From an uncultured Gammaproteobacteria bacterium (GTDB lineage Bacteria > Patescibacteriota > Microgenomatia > CAYFQP01): a stretch of 64,000 nt of DNA. Position numbers and translations under genes: made by a program. Positions 55,774 through 64,000 of this stretch are shown one piece after another; within the stretch, counting starts at the first letter, position 1; each line of letters starts with the position of its first letter. The notes beneath the pieces were generated by a model that was not told the origin of the DNA, searched no databases, and was given only the letters and a program-made list of their open reading frames with translations. Where the stretch lies: NCBI GenBank assembly GCA_964345375.1, contig CAYFQP010000003.1:8875-72874 (forward strand), given 5' to 3'.

Positions 55774-56388
55774 ATGAGGATTGAAAAGGTAGTTGTTGGC
55801 CCCCTCCAAACTAATTGTTATCTTCTTTGGGACAAGTCTCAAACAACCATTATTGACCCTGGAGCAGAACCAGAAAAGATTTTTTCCTTGATTGCCTCAC
55901 CAGTCAAATATATTATCTGCACTCATGGCCATCCGGATCACGTTGGCGCAGTCTGGGCCATCAAACACGAATTTCCTCAAGCAAAATTCTTAATTCATCG
56001 AGCCGACTTACCCATCCTTAAAGAAGCGGTTAGTGGCGCCAAGGAGGTCCTTGACTGGGAAATTCCTGAACCACCTTTGCCTGATGAATTTCTTGAAGAA
56101 GGGAAATTGAAAATTAGCAATTGGCAATTTGAAATTCTCCATACTCCTGGCCACTCACCTGGTAGTATCTGCCTCTTGGCTAAAAACCATCTTTTTACTG
56201 GTGACACTCTTTTTGCTCGAGGTTATGGCCGGACTGATTTTCCCTTAGGTAATGAAAAAGAGATGATTCAATCACTTAAAAAATTAGCTAAATTACCACA
56301 AAAGCTAATTATCTATCCTGGCCACGGAGAATCTACTTCCCTTGGTCAAAGTCTCGAATGGCTTCAAGAACCTCTTGGGGTTTGGTAA
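55774..56388 (+). CDS. MBL-fold metallo-hydrolase
   Basis: THGHPDHVGA metal-binding motif. Confidence 0.85.
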   Translation: MRIEKVVVGPLQTNCYLLWDKSQTTIIDPGAEPEKIFSLIASPVKYIICTHGHPDHVGAVWAIKHEFPQAKFLIHRADLPILKEAVSGAKEVLDWEIPEPPLPDEFLEEGKLKISNWQFEILHTPGHSPGSICLLAKNHLFTGDTLFARGYGRTDFPLGNEKEMIQSLKKLAKLPQKLIIYPGHGESTSLGQSLEWLQEPLGVW

Positions 56389-56884
56389 CAATTTTATAAA
56401 CTCGCAAAGCCTCGGGCCGAAGAAGCATATTTTTACCAATCGCCTCGATAATTTCGTGCCAAAAACTGCCATAAAGGATAAAAGGCTTGTGTTGCCCAAA
56501 ATAAATTCTGGCAATCCCCCAAACCATGCCAAATTCAGAGATTGTTCCTGTGCCGCCAGAAAAAATAACGTAGACATCACCTAAATCAATTAGTTTCAAA
56601 GTCCGTTCAACATAATTAGCACATTTAATCTCTTCATCAATCGGATTGGAGGGATCTCGACCTTCAAAATGAGTTGCTCCCGCTGGATAGAAACTCACTC
56701 CAATTGCCTTTCCGCCTCCTTCTTTAGCCCCAAGAGTAGAAGCCTTCATAATTCCTGGACCACCACCATTTAAAACCAAATAGCCTTCCTTAGCTAAAAG
56801 CTTGGCTGTTTCCTTGGCGTCCTCAAAAACTTGGTCTCCAGGCTTGGCTTCAGAAAAGCCAAAAAAAGTTACCTTCTTAATCAT
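56333..56884 (-). CDS. LOG family protein (TIGR00730, cytokinin riboside 5'-monophosphate phosphoribohydrolase-like)
   Basis: GGGPGIM and FSGGTGT motifs. Confidence 0.85.
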   Translation of the reverse strand: MIKKVTFFGFSEAKPGDQVFEDAKETAKLLAKEGYLVLNGGGPGIMKASTLGAKEGGGKAIGVSFYPAGATHFEGRDPSNPIDEEIKCANYVERTLKLIDLGDVYVIFSGGTGTISEFGMVWGIARIYFGQHKPFILYGSFWHEIIEAIGKNMLLRPEALRVYKIVTKPQEVLEAIRDFDQGK

Positions 56885-57921
56885 TTAAACCCTCCAGCCA
56901 TGACCGCTAATTCCAGGAGGCGGCAGCTATAAGCCCACTCATTGTCATACCAAGCGAGTAATTTAACTAAATTGCCGCCAACTACTTTGGTAAGAGAGAG
57001 ATCAATAATCGCTGAAGCCGAAGAGCCAATAATATCACTGGAAACAATCGGGTCCCTGGTCACCTCGATAATGCCTTGATATTCACTTTCACCAGAGACT
57101 TGCTCAAAAAGCCGATTAACTTTTTCTCTTCTTACTGTCTGGTCTAAAAGAAAAGTAAAATCAACTAAACTACCACAACTAACTGGCACCCGAATTGCCA
57201 TCCCTTCAAATTTACCTCTGTAGAAAGGTAAAACTTTAGCTAAGGCTCTGCCCGCTCCAGTGGTGGTTGGAATGGTGTTAATGCCTGCCGCTCTCCCTCT
57301 TCTTAGATCATCATGGGAACCATCAACTAACTCTTGGTCAGCTGTATAAGCATGAATCGTCGTCATACTTGCTTTAACCACTTTGAAATTCTCCATCATC
57401 ACTTTAGCAATTGGAGCAATACAGTTGGTCGTACATGAAGCATTAGAAATCACCTCGCCTTTATATTTGTCAGCATTAACACCGATGATAAAAGTCGGTG
57501 TCTTGGGATCTCTAGCTGGAGCCGAGATAATCACCTTTTTCGCTCCTGCTTTTAGGTGTTTCTCCGCCTCTTTCTTGGTCCGGAAAACTCCAGTACATTC
57601 TAGAACTAAGTCAATCTCATATTTTTTCCAAGGGATCTTAGCCGGATTTCGCTGAGCTAGAACCGGATAACTCTTACCCTCGATTAAAAAAGCACCAATT
57701 TCATCTCTGCTTTTCTTTTTTGTTTTTTTGTCTAAAGTTATTTGTTTGGGAAATCTTCCGTAAACACTGTCATATTTAAGTAAGTTTAGCCAGCCCTCAA
57801 CTGACATTGAGCCTGAAGTATTGATCGCCCCAATCTCAACTTGATTAGAATATTCTTCTAGGGCTGCCCGAAAGGTTACTCGACCAATCCGGCCAAAACC
57901 ATTAATTGCCAATTTAATCAT
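56881..57921 (-). CDS. gap: glyceraldehyde-3-phosphate dehydrogenase
   Basis: INGFGRIGR NAD motif, SCTTNC active site. Confidence 0.92.
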   Translation of the reverse strand: MIKLAINGFGRIGRVTFRAALEEYSNQVEIGAINTSGSMSVEGWLNLLKYDSVYGRFPKQITLDKKTKKKSRDEIGAFLIEGKSYPVLAQRNPAKIPWKKYEIDLVLECTGVFRTKKEAEKHLKAGAKKVIISAPARDPKTPTFIIGVNADKYKGEVISNASCTTNCIAPIAKVMMENFKVVKASMTTIHAYTADQELVDGSHDDLRRGRAAGINTIPTTTGAGRALAKVLPFYRGKFEGMAIRVPVSCGSLVDFTFLLDQTVRREKVNRLFEQVSGESEYQGIIEVTRDPIVSSDIIGSSASAIIDLSLTKVVGGNLVKLLAWYDNEWAYSCRLLELAVMAGGFK

Positions 57922-57922
57922 C

Positions 57923-58963
57923 TTAACTTTTTCTTCTCAGGGCGGCTAAGCCTGGCAAATCGCCTTTAGCCAGAAAGGCGAGCATTGCGCCACCACCTGA
58001 AGAAACATAACCAATTTTGTCAACCACTTTAAACTTAGTCAAGATTGCTTCAGTATCACCACCGCCAACAATTGTAAAAGCCCGGCTTTCAGCCATTGCC
58101 TCAGCAAAAATTTTTGTTCCCTTTTCAAACTTAGGCTCTTCAACCTTACCTAATGGCCCGGACCAAATAATCGTCCCTGCATTTTTTACCTGGTCAACAA
58201 ATTTTTCGGCTGAATCAATCGTAATATCTTCGCCTGATTTAGTCAGAATGGCCATCTCCCGACGGTGGTCTTTTAATTTCTTTACTTCTGGATAGTCTGC
58301 CAGCTTGCCGCCAATCAAAATTAAATCAGCCCATTTCAAAAGATGATTGACTGTTTCCAGCTTGCTCTTTTTTACTCCACCTAATAAAACAATTACTGGT
58401 TTTTTAGGTTTTTCTCTGACCGAGGATAGAACCTTTATTTCTTCTAATAAATCAAGTCCGGCGGCATGAGGTAATAATCGAGGCAAATCAACAATTGAAG
58501 CGTGCTGGCGGTGAGAACTAGCAAAGGCATCATTAATGTAAAAATCGCCTAATTTAGCCAGCTTCCGAGCAAAAGCCTTTCGCGCTGTTTTTTTAGAACT
58601 CTCTTCTCTTGGATCAAAACGTAAGTTCTCCAAAACAACAATTCCTTTGGCTGGTATCTTCTCTAAATCTTTATGTTGAATTAAGGGAACTTTCTTTTTT
58701 ATAAGCTTAGAAAGAAGTTTAACGACTGGTTCTAGAGACAAGTCAGGAGCAAACTCCCCCCCAGGTCGACCTAAGTGGGCCAAAATAATCACCTTAGCTT
58801 CTCTTGTTAAGAGAAGCTTAATCGTTTTTAAAGAATCCTCGATTCTTGTCTCATCAGCCACTTCAATTTTATCCTGGACAGAACAAAGAGGAACATCATA
58901 ATCAGTTCGAAGAAGAACCTTTTTATCTTTTAAATCAAAATCGCGGACATCAGGCAGATTCAT
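57923..58963 (-). CDS. pgk: phosphoglycerate kinase
   Basis: KKVLLRTDYDVP N-terminus, hinge and C-terminal GGGA motifs. Confidence 0.88.
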   Translation of the reverse strand: MNLPDVRDFDLKDKKVLLRTDYDVPLCSVQDKIEVADETRIEDSLKTIKLLLTREAKVIILAHLGRPGGEFAPDLSLEPVVKLLSKLIKKKVPLIQHKDLEKIPAKGIVVLENLRFDPREESSKKTARKAFARKLAKLGDFYINDAFASSHRQHASIVDLPRLLPHAAGLDLLEEIKVLSSVREKPKKPVIVLLGGVKKSKLETVNHLLKWADLILIGGKLADYPEVKKLKDHRREMAILTKSGEDITIDSAEKFVDQVKNAGTIIWSGPLGKVEEPKFEKGTKIFAEAMAESRAFTIVGGGDTEAILTKFKVVDKIGYVSSGGGAMLAFLAKGDLPGLAALRRKS

Positions 58964-59607
58964 GGTTTAAAACCTTTAACTAAGTCTTCTAATTCTTTCT
59001 TGGGATTTCTAGCCAAAACCACGTCAGTGGCAACTAAAACTCCCTTGGCCCTCATTTTCAGACTAATCTCCACATCCTTCTGAGAGTGGATACCAGCCCC
59101 AACAATCAAAGGCATATCAATCATCTTTACTAGATTCCTAATTGCTTCTGGTTTTTCCGAAGCAACGGATTTCTCTCGACTGCCAATTAATTCTGGTGGT
59201 TCGTAAGCCAGAAGGTCAGGTTTAAATCTGGCTAATCTTTCTGCCTGACCAAGAGATTTGCAACAAACCAAAATTTTAAAATCTTTGGCTCTTTTTATCA
59301 CTTGCCGAACTGTTCCTGGAGAGATTCGATGTTCACTGTGATTGAGAATCGTTCCTGAAGCGCCAGCCCCTTTAACTGCCTCCAAATTAATCCAGCCTGT
59401 ATATTTCCCTTGAGGAAAAGGATCAATGTGCTGAACCCAAATCTCCAATTTCGGAAAACGATTTTTAAGCTGATACAAATCAATTATTTGAACCACTGGG
59501 ATAATCTTAATCTTTGAAGTTTTTTGAACTTTCTCACAGATTTCAGTTAATTTGACCGCTCTTTCTCCTGTTCCTTCCCGATAAGTCTTGAAGTTTATGA
59601 AGATCAT
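58960..59607 (-). CDS. tpiA: triose-phosphate isomerase (short archaeal-type)
   Basis: IFINFKTY N-terminus, 215 aa TIM barrel, NHSEHR. Confidence 0.75.
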   Translation of the reverse strand: MIFINFKTYREGTGERAVKLTEICEKVQKTSKIKIIPVVQIIDLYQLKNRFPKLEIWVQHIDPFPQGKYTGWINLEAVKGAGASGTILNHSEHRISPGTVRQVIKRAKDFKILVCCKSLGQAERLARFKPDLLAYEPPELIGSREKSVASEKPEAIRNLVKMIDMPLIVGAGIHSQKDVEISLKMRAKGVLVATDVVLARNPKKELEDLVKGFKP

Positions 59608-59627
59608 TCCTTCATTATATAATAATC

Positions 59628-60581
59628 TTGATGAAAGAAAAATTCACTCTCTTTCTTTCTTCTTCTCTATTCCTAATTATTCTTGTTTTATTATTCTTCT
59701 TGCCTCAGTCACGAAGATTAAGTTTTATTCCCCAATCTCTACCTTCTCAATTCTTTGGCCAATTCCTTGAAAAATTAGAAAAAGAGGAAACAATTACCTT
59801 AATTGCTGTTGGTGATGTTATGTTGGGCAGGAGTGTCAACGCCAAGATGCGAACTTTAAATGATTTCACCCACCCTTTTCTTAAAACCGCTGATTTCCTC
59901 AAACAGGCTGATTTAACTTTTCTTAACTTAGAGGCTCCTTTTTATAATAACTGTCCAACCACTAATACAGGCATGATTTTTTGTGCTGATCCAAGAGCGA
60001 TTGAAGGATTAATCAGGGCAGGAGTCGATATTGCTAATTTAACCAACAATCACATTAAAAATTATGGCCAAGAAGGAATCAATTTAACCCAAGGTTTGTT
60101 AAAAGAAAATAAAATCTCTTTTCTTAACCATCAGGAAAACTTCCTTATCAAAGAATTAAAAGGAACAAAACTTGGATTTTTAAGTTTTGATTTAAGCTCA
60201 GGTTATCAAGAAGAGAAAATTATTAAAGCCATCAAGGAAAAAAAGCCTCAAGTTGATCTCTTAATTGTCTCCTTCCATTGGGGGACTGAATACGCTCAAG
60301 AACCTTCTTCTCGACAAATTGATTTAGCCCATCAGGCGATTGAGGCAGGAGCAGATTTAATCTTAGGTCATCATCCTCACGTGATCCAAAGAGTTGAAGA
60401 CTACCATCAAGCTAAAATCGTCTACTCTTTAGGCAACTTTGTCTTTGACCAGCCTTGGTCTGAGGCAACGGAAAAAGGGCTCGTAGGCATTTTTACTTTC
60501 CAAGGCAAAAAACTAGTCAAATCTGAATTTAAAGAAGTCTACATTAAAGACTACTCCCAACCTGAATTAAAAGCAGAGTAA
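59628..60581 (+). CDS. CapA/PgsA family metallophosphatase-like protein
   Basis: LIAVGDVMLGRSV N-terminal signature. Confidence 0.8.
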   Translation: MMKEKFTLFLSSSLFLIILVLLFFLPQSRRLSFIPQSLPSQFFGQFLEKLEKEETITLIAVGDVMLGRSVNAKMRTLNDFTHPFLKTADFLKQADLTFLNLEAPFYNNCPTTNTGMIFCADPRAIEGLIRAGVDIANLTNNHIKNYGQEGINLTQGLLKENKISFLNHQENFLIKELKGTKLGFLSFDLSSGYQEEKIIKAIKEKKPQVDLLIVSFHWGTEYAQEPSSRQIDLAHQAIEAGADLILGHHPHVIQRVEDYHQAKIVYSLGNFVFDQPWSEATEKGLVGIFTFQGKKLVKSEFKEVYIKDYSQPELKAE

Positions 60582-60617
60582 GGCCTTATCTCGGACTCTT
60601 GTGTCATAAGTGCTTAA

Positions 60618-61253
60618 TTATTTCCTACAATTTAAATCTAAAAATAAGAAAGGGTTAACTGGCTCCGTATTTTTCCTCATCTCAAAGTGAAGATGGGGTC
60701 CTGTCGTTTGACCTGTCATCCCTACCTCACCAATTTTATCTCCTGTAAAAACTCTATTTCCTTCTTGAACCGAAAATTCTTTAAGATGACCATAGACTGT
60801 CTCAAATCCTCCATCATGAAGAATAACGACATACTGCCCTAAGCCTTCTTCTCTTCTCTCAACAATAGCCTCAACCCTATGTCTTATTTTCCCTTCCTCA
60901 TCCTTCCAAGTCATCAAGCTCTTTGTAACAATTGTTGTTATTTCGGGTGACGCAGTGGCGATTAAAACTATTCCATCGGCGGCCGCTAAAACCGGAGTCC
61001 CCTCATCGCTACGAATATCGACTGCTTTATGCTTCTCCCAAAAACCCTGGGTGATCTTAGTTGCGTAACCAATACTAGGCCCTTTTTCAGTCAGTACGCC
61101 TTTTTTAATTGGCCATATGGGCCAACAAAAATCAGGTTCTTTCTCGACCCTTTCTCCAGAGGATCTTAAAAGAAAACCAGCGGCAGTGGCACCCAATGTG
61201 GCACAAGCTAATCGGAGAAATTTCCTCCGCCCTGGATCAAACTCTATCCCCAC
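60618..61253 (-). CDS. M23 family peptidase with Tat-type signal
   Basis: RRKFLRLACATLGATAA twin-arginine signal; GTPVLAAADG...HLHFEMR zinc motifs. Confidence 0.85.
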   Translation of the reverse strand: MGIEFDPGRRKFLRLACATLGATAAGFLLRSSGERVEKEPDFCWPIWPIKKGVLTEKGPSIGYATKITQGFWEKHKAVDIRSDEGTPVLAAADGIVLIATASPEITTIVTKSLMTWKDEEGKIRHRVEAIVERREEGLGQYVVILHDGGFETVYGHLKEFSVQEGNRVFTGDKIGEVGMTGQTTGPHLHFEMRKNTEPVNPFLFLDLNCRK

Positions 61254-61264
61254 TCTCGTCCTTT

Positions 61265-61666
61265 CTATTTCTTCTTTTTCCGCCGGTAATCAGCAATTGC
61301 TTTTCTTAAAGCATCAGCGGCCAGGACTGAACAATGAACCTTAACCGGAGGTAAACCACCAAGTTCATCAGCAATCTCTTCTCGGGAAATCTTCTCTGCT
61401 TGTTTAAGAGTTTTGCCTTTGACCATGGTCGTCAACATACTTGAAGAAGCAATTGCCGCCCCACAGCCCAGAGTCTGAAATTTAATATCCGAGATTTTAT
61501 TACCTTTAACTTTAATAAAAAGCCTCATCACATCTCCACAGATAGGATTACCTTCAGTGCCTACGCCATCAGGATTTTTAATTTCGCCCATATTCCGAGG
61601 ATTCTGGATATGCTCCAACACTTTCTTTGAATAAAAACTAGGATAAAGATCACTTAAATCACTCAT
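61265..61666 (-). CDS. nifU: Fe-S cluster assembly scaffold (NifU/IscU N-terminal domain)
   Basis: PICGDVM, LGCGAAIASSS, HCSVLAADAL three conserved Cys. Confidence 0.85.
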   Translation of the reverse strand: MSDLSDLYPSFYSKKVLEHIQNPRNMGEIKNPDGVGTEGNPICGDVMRLFIKVKGNKISDIKFQTLGCGAAIASSSMLTTMVKGKTLKQAEKISREEIADELGGLPPVKVHCSVLAADALRKAIADYRRKKKK

Positions 61667-62891
61667 TGAAAACTCCTTTCGGTGCCATTTCCCTCAATTT
61701 CTTTACTATACCAGGTAAAACCTTAATCACATAATCAATTTCTTTTTCTGTCGTATCTTTTCCCAAAGAAAACCTTAAAGACCCGTGGGCTTCTTTTGGT
61801 TTATAACCCATCGCAGTCAAAACATGGCTTGGTTCCAGAAGCCCGCTCGTACAAGCTGAGCCCGATGAAGCAGCAACCCCAACCGCATCTAAATGAAGAA
61901 GCATTGCTTCACCTTCAGCACCCTTGACAATGAACGAAGCAATATGAGGAGCGCTTTGGTTCAGACGGCCAGTAAATTGGGCATCGGGAATTTTTAGAAC
62001 TCCCTCAACCAACTTTTTTCTTAATTTTCCTATCCGTTCGGCATTCTCCTTTTTGTTTCTCTCGATTAGCTCAAATGCTTTTCCCAAGCCAACAATGTAA
62101 GGCACATTTTCTGTGCCTGACCGGAGTCCAAATTCTTGGCCACCACCATCCTGCTGTCTAATAATCGATGTTCCTTCACGAACATATAAAACCCCAATTC
62201 CTTTAGGAGCATAAAATTTATGACCAGTTAAAGAAAGTAAATCGACTCCTAGTTTATCAACGTCACAATCTAGATACTGAATCGCTTGAGTAGCATCAGT
62301 ATGGAAAAAGACTTTTTCTTTCCCATTATCCACTCTTAATTTATTTATTTGCGAGATTGCTTCACCAATTCTGTCTATCGGCTCGATTGCCCCAACTTCA
62401 TTATTAACATACATTATGGAAACCAAAATCGTTGTTGGTCTAATTGCTTTTTTAACATCAGTTACCCTAACCATTCCAGATTTATCAACCGGAAGGAAAG
62501 TGACCCTGTAGCCCTGGCTTTCTAAATGTCGAGCTGATTCTATTCCGGCTTTATGCTCAATCGAAGAGGTGGTGAGATGAGGGATTTCTCCCTTCTTCTT
62601 CTTTTCCCCATTTTTGAGAAATGCCTCTAAGACTCCCTTGTGAGCAAGGTTGATTGACTCAGTAGCACAGGAAGTAAAAATAATCTCTTTTGCTTTTGCG
62701 CCTAGAGAGGAAGCCACTTGTTCTCGGGCTTTTTCAATTGCCTTTCTAGTCTCCTGTCCCCAAGAATGTGGTTCTGAAGCGTTGCCAAACTTGCCTTTAA
62801 AATAAGGTTTCATTGCCTCAAAAACCTTTGGGTCCAGGGGTGTTGTCGCCGCATAATCAAGGTATATTCTTTTCATTAAAAAATCCCGCAT
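61659..62891 (-). CDS. nifS: cysteine desulfurase (class V aminotransferase, NifS/IscS)
   Basis: SLTGHKFYAPKGIG PLP-Lys motif, SSGSACTS catalytic Cys loop. Confidence 0.9.
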   Translation of the reverse strand: MRDFLMKRIYLDYAATTPLDPKVFEAMKPYFKGKFGNASEPHSWGQETRKAIEKAREQVASSLGAKAKEIIFTSCATESINLAHKGVLEAFLKNGEKKKKGEIPHLTTSSIEHKAGIESARHLESQGYRVTFLPVDKSGMVRVTDVKKAIRPTTILVSIMYVNNEVGAIEPIDRIGEAISQINKLRVDNGKEKVFFHTDATQAIQYLDCDVDKLGVDLLSLTGHKFYAPKGIGVLYVREGTSIIRQQDGGGQEFGLRSGTENVPYIVGLGKAFELIERNKKENAERIGKLRKKLVEGVLKIPDAQFTGRLNQSAPHIASFIVKGAEGEAMLLHLDAVGVAASSGSACTSGLLEPSHVLTAMGYKPKEAHGSLRFSLGKDTTEKEIDYVIKVLPGIVKKLREMAPKGVFNE

Positions 62892-63136
62892 TCTCCTTTC
62901 TTACACTTTTCCGAAATAAAATAATAAACTTTCCTGCCTTTTTTTCTGGAATTGAGAACTCCAGTATCCTTAAGATATTTAAGGTGATGGGTAATTGTCG
63001 GCTGAGTAACCTCAAAATGCTTGGCAATCTCCATTACTGACATCTCTTTCTTTTCCTGCAAAAGACTAATTATGCCAATCCGGGTCTGGCAAGCCAGACC
63101 GGCAAAACAAGTTGCACAAGCAGAAGTTAGTTTCAT
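62876..63136 (-). CDS. ArsR/SmtB family transcriptional regulator with N-terminal Cys cluster
   Basis: wHTH MEIAKHFEVTQPTITHHLKYL; CATCFAGLAC plus C-terminal CKKGEC; 16-nt overlap with nifS; TTGACA-17-TATCAT promoter upstream. Confidence 0.65.
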   Translation of the reverse strand: MKLTSACATCFAGLACQTRIGIISLLQEKKEMSVMEIAKHFEVTQPTITHHLKYLKDTGVLNSRKKGRKVYYFISEKCKKGECGIF

Positions 63137-63216
63137 AATATATCGATGATAATCTATATATTGAATTTTGTCAAGAAGAGTTTGAATTTGAAACTATTAA
63201 AAAGTAAAATTTATTT

Positions 63217-64000
63217 GTGAGCAAGAAAATCATTATCCTCTTTATCCTTCTTGCCTTTGCTATCCGCCTCTTTCCTGGCCCTGATAGGTTTATTTTTAGT
63301 TATGACCAAGCCCGGGATGCTTTTGTCTCTCGAGGTATTATTGAAAACCGGGATTTAAAAATCCTTGGTCCGCCAGCCGCTGTTGATTTAGAAGTCACTG
63401 GTGCCTTCCATGGCCCTTTTTATTATTATTTAATCAGCCCTTTTTATGTTTTCAGTAGGAGTAATCCCAATTCAGTTCTTCTTCTAACCATCTTGATCAA
63501 TGTTTTAACCTTAATTCCTCTTGCCTTTTTAGCCCAAAAACTCTTTAACAATAAAGCTGTTACTTTTATTTCTCTTCTTCTTTTTACCATTTCTTTTGAA
63601 CAACACTCCTATGCTCGCTGGCTTTCTAATCCCTCGCCAGCGATCTTTTTTCTGGCTCTTTTCCAACTTGGATTCTGGTTAATTATTACTAAGCCTAAAA
63701 ACCTTTGGGGCTGGTTTCTTGCTCCTCTTGGATTAAGCCTTGCCATTCAACACCAGCTTTTTCTTTTATCTTATCTACCTGTCTCAATTCTCACCATCCT
63801 TCTCTTGGGTAAATTCCCCAACAAGATTAAACCATATCTAATTGCCATTATTACCTTAACCATTGGTCTCTCTTCTTTTATCCTGGCTGAATTAAAATTT
63901 GGCTTTCAGATGACTAAAGGCCTTCTTTGGGGTCTTTTAACTGGCTTAACCTCTTCTCCTAAAACGGCTACTGATTTTATGATTAATTTTCTAAATCGAT
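63217..64000 (+). CDS. GT-C/ArnT-like (family 39-type) membrane glycosyltransferase, partial (runs off window end)
   Basis: GTG start 63217; frame-1 translation is a continuous polytopic membrane protein (…FPGPDRFIFSYDQARDAF…) with no stop before 64000. Confidence 0.45.
   Translation, partial: MSKKIIILFILLAFAIRLFPGPDRFIFSYDQARDAFVSRGIIENRDLKILGPPAAVDLEVTGAFHGPFYYYLISPFYVFSRSNPNSVLLLTILINVLTLIPLAFLAQKLFNNKAVTFISLLLFTISFEQHSYARWLSNPSPAIFFLALFQLGFWLIITKPKNLWGWFLAPLGLSLAIQHQLFLLSYLPVSILTILLLGKFPNKIKPYLIAIITLTIGLSSFILAELKFGFQMTKGLLWGLLTGLTSSPKTATDFMINFLNR

Noticed and set aside
1-64000. CRISPR arrays, rRNA genes, IS elements/transposases, reverse transcriptases
   Set aside because: No regularly spaced direct repeats, no rRNA-like conserved stretches, and no transposase or RT motifs were seen in any frame

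Overview
This 64-kb window is a low-GC, gene-dense stretch of bacterial chromosome with short overlapping operons, which together look CPR/Patescibacteria-like. About 80 CDS and 4 tRNAs are present. On the minus strand there is a copper-resistance island: a csoR repressor (operator sitting in its own promoter spacer), a cysteine-rich anchored protein, a DUF2318-like protein, an HMA-permease-cupredoxin fusion, and copA. Housekeeping and repair genes include DUF72, acylphosphatase, MGMT, pth, a PRTase, an EndoQ-like PHP nuclease, GT2, a Ca/Na antiporter plus P-type ATPase, an ATP-dependent DNA ligase, Fic, recF, fpg, a 5'-3' exonuclease, ftsH, nrdJ with a PduO adenosyltransferase, two tandem class A PBPs, a beta-lactamase-like hydrolase, and a sugar-phosphate/lower-glycolysis block (deoC, class I aldolase, PfkB kinase, gap, pgk, tpi). 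The window ends with an arsR-nifS-nifU operon and a partial GT-C gene. Observations worth a second look: (1) a leaderless 19-codon ORF with tandem Trp codons, mutually exclusive hairpins and an intrinsic terminator directly upstream of tRNA-Trp and trpS, which reads as a trp-style ribosome-mediated attenuator; the tRNA-Trp 3' end lies 4 nt from the trpS ATG. (2) An orphan ~187-nt ncRNA with its own consensus promoter and terminator, made of seven consecutive GC-rich hairpins, four with the same GCAA loop, separated by ACCAA(G)-like linkers. (3) A HEPN-MNT toxin-antitoxin cassette inserted at the trpS 3' end, flanked by an ~85-bp diverged duplicate of the trpS tail and carrying its own promoter and operator. 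(4) A tRNA-Ile with anticodon UAU, an initiator-like tRNA with an A1.A72 mismatch, and an adjacent integrase / HD / VirD4-like block. (5) Many promoters sit 7-12 nt from the ATG, consistent with leaderless mRNAs. No CRISPR array, rRNA or transposase was found.
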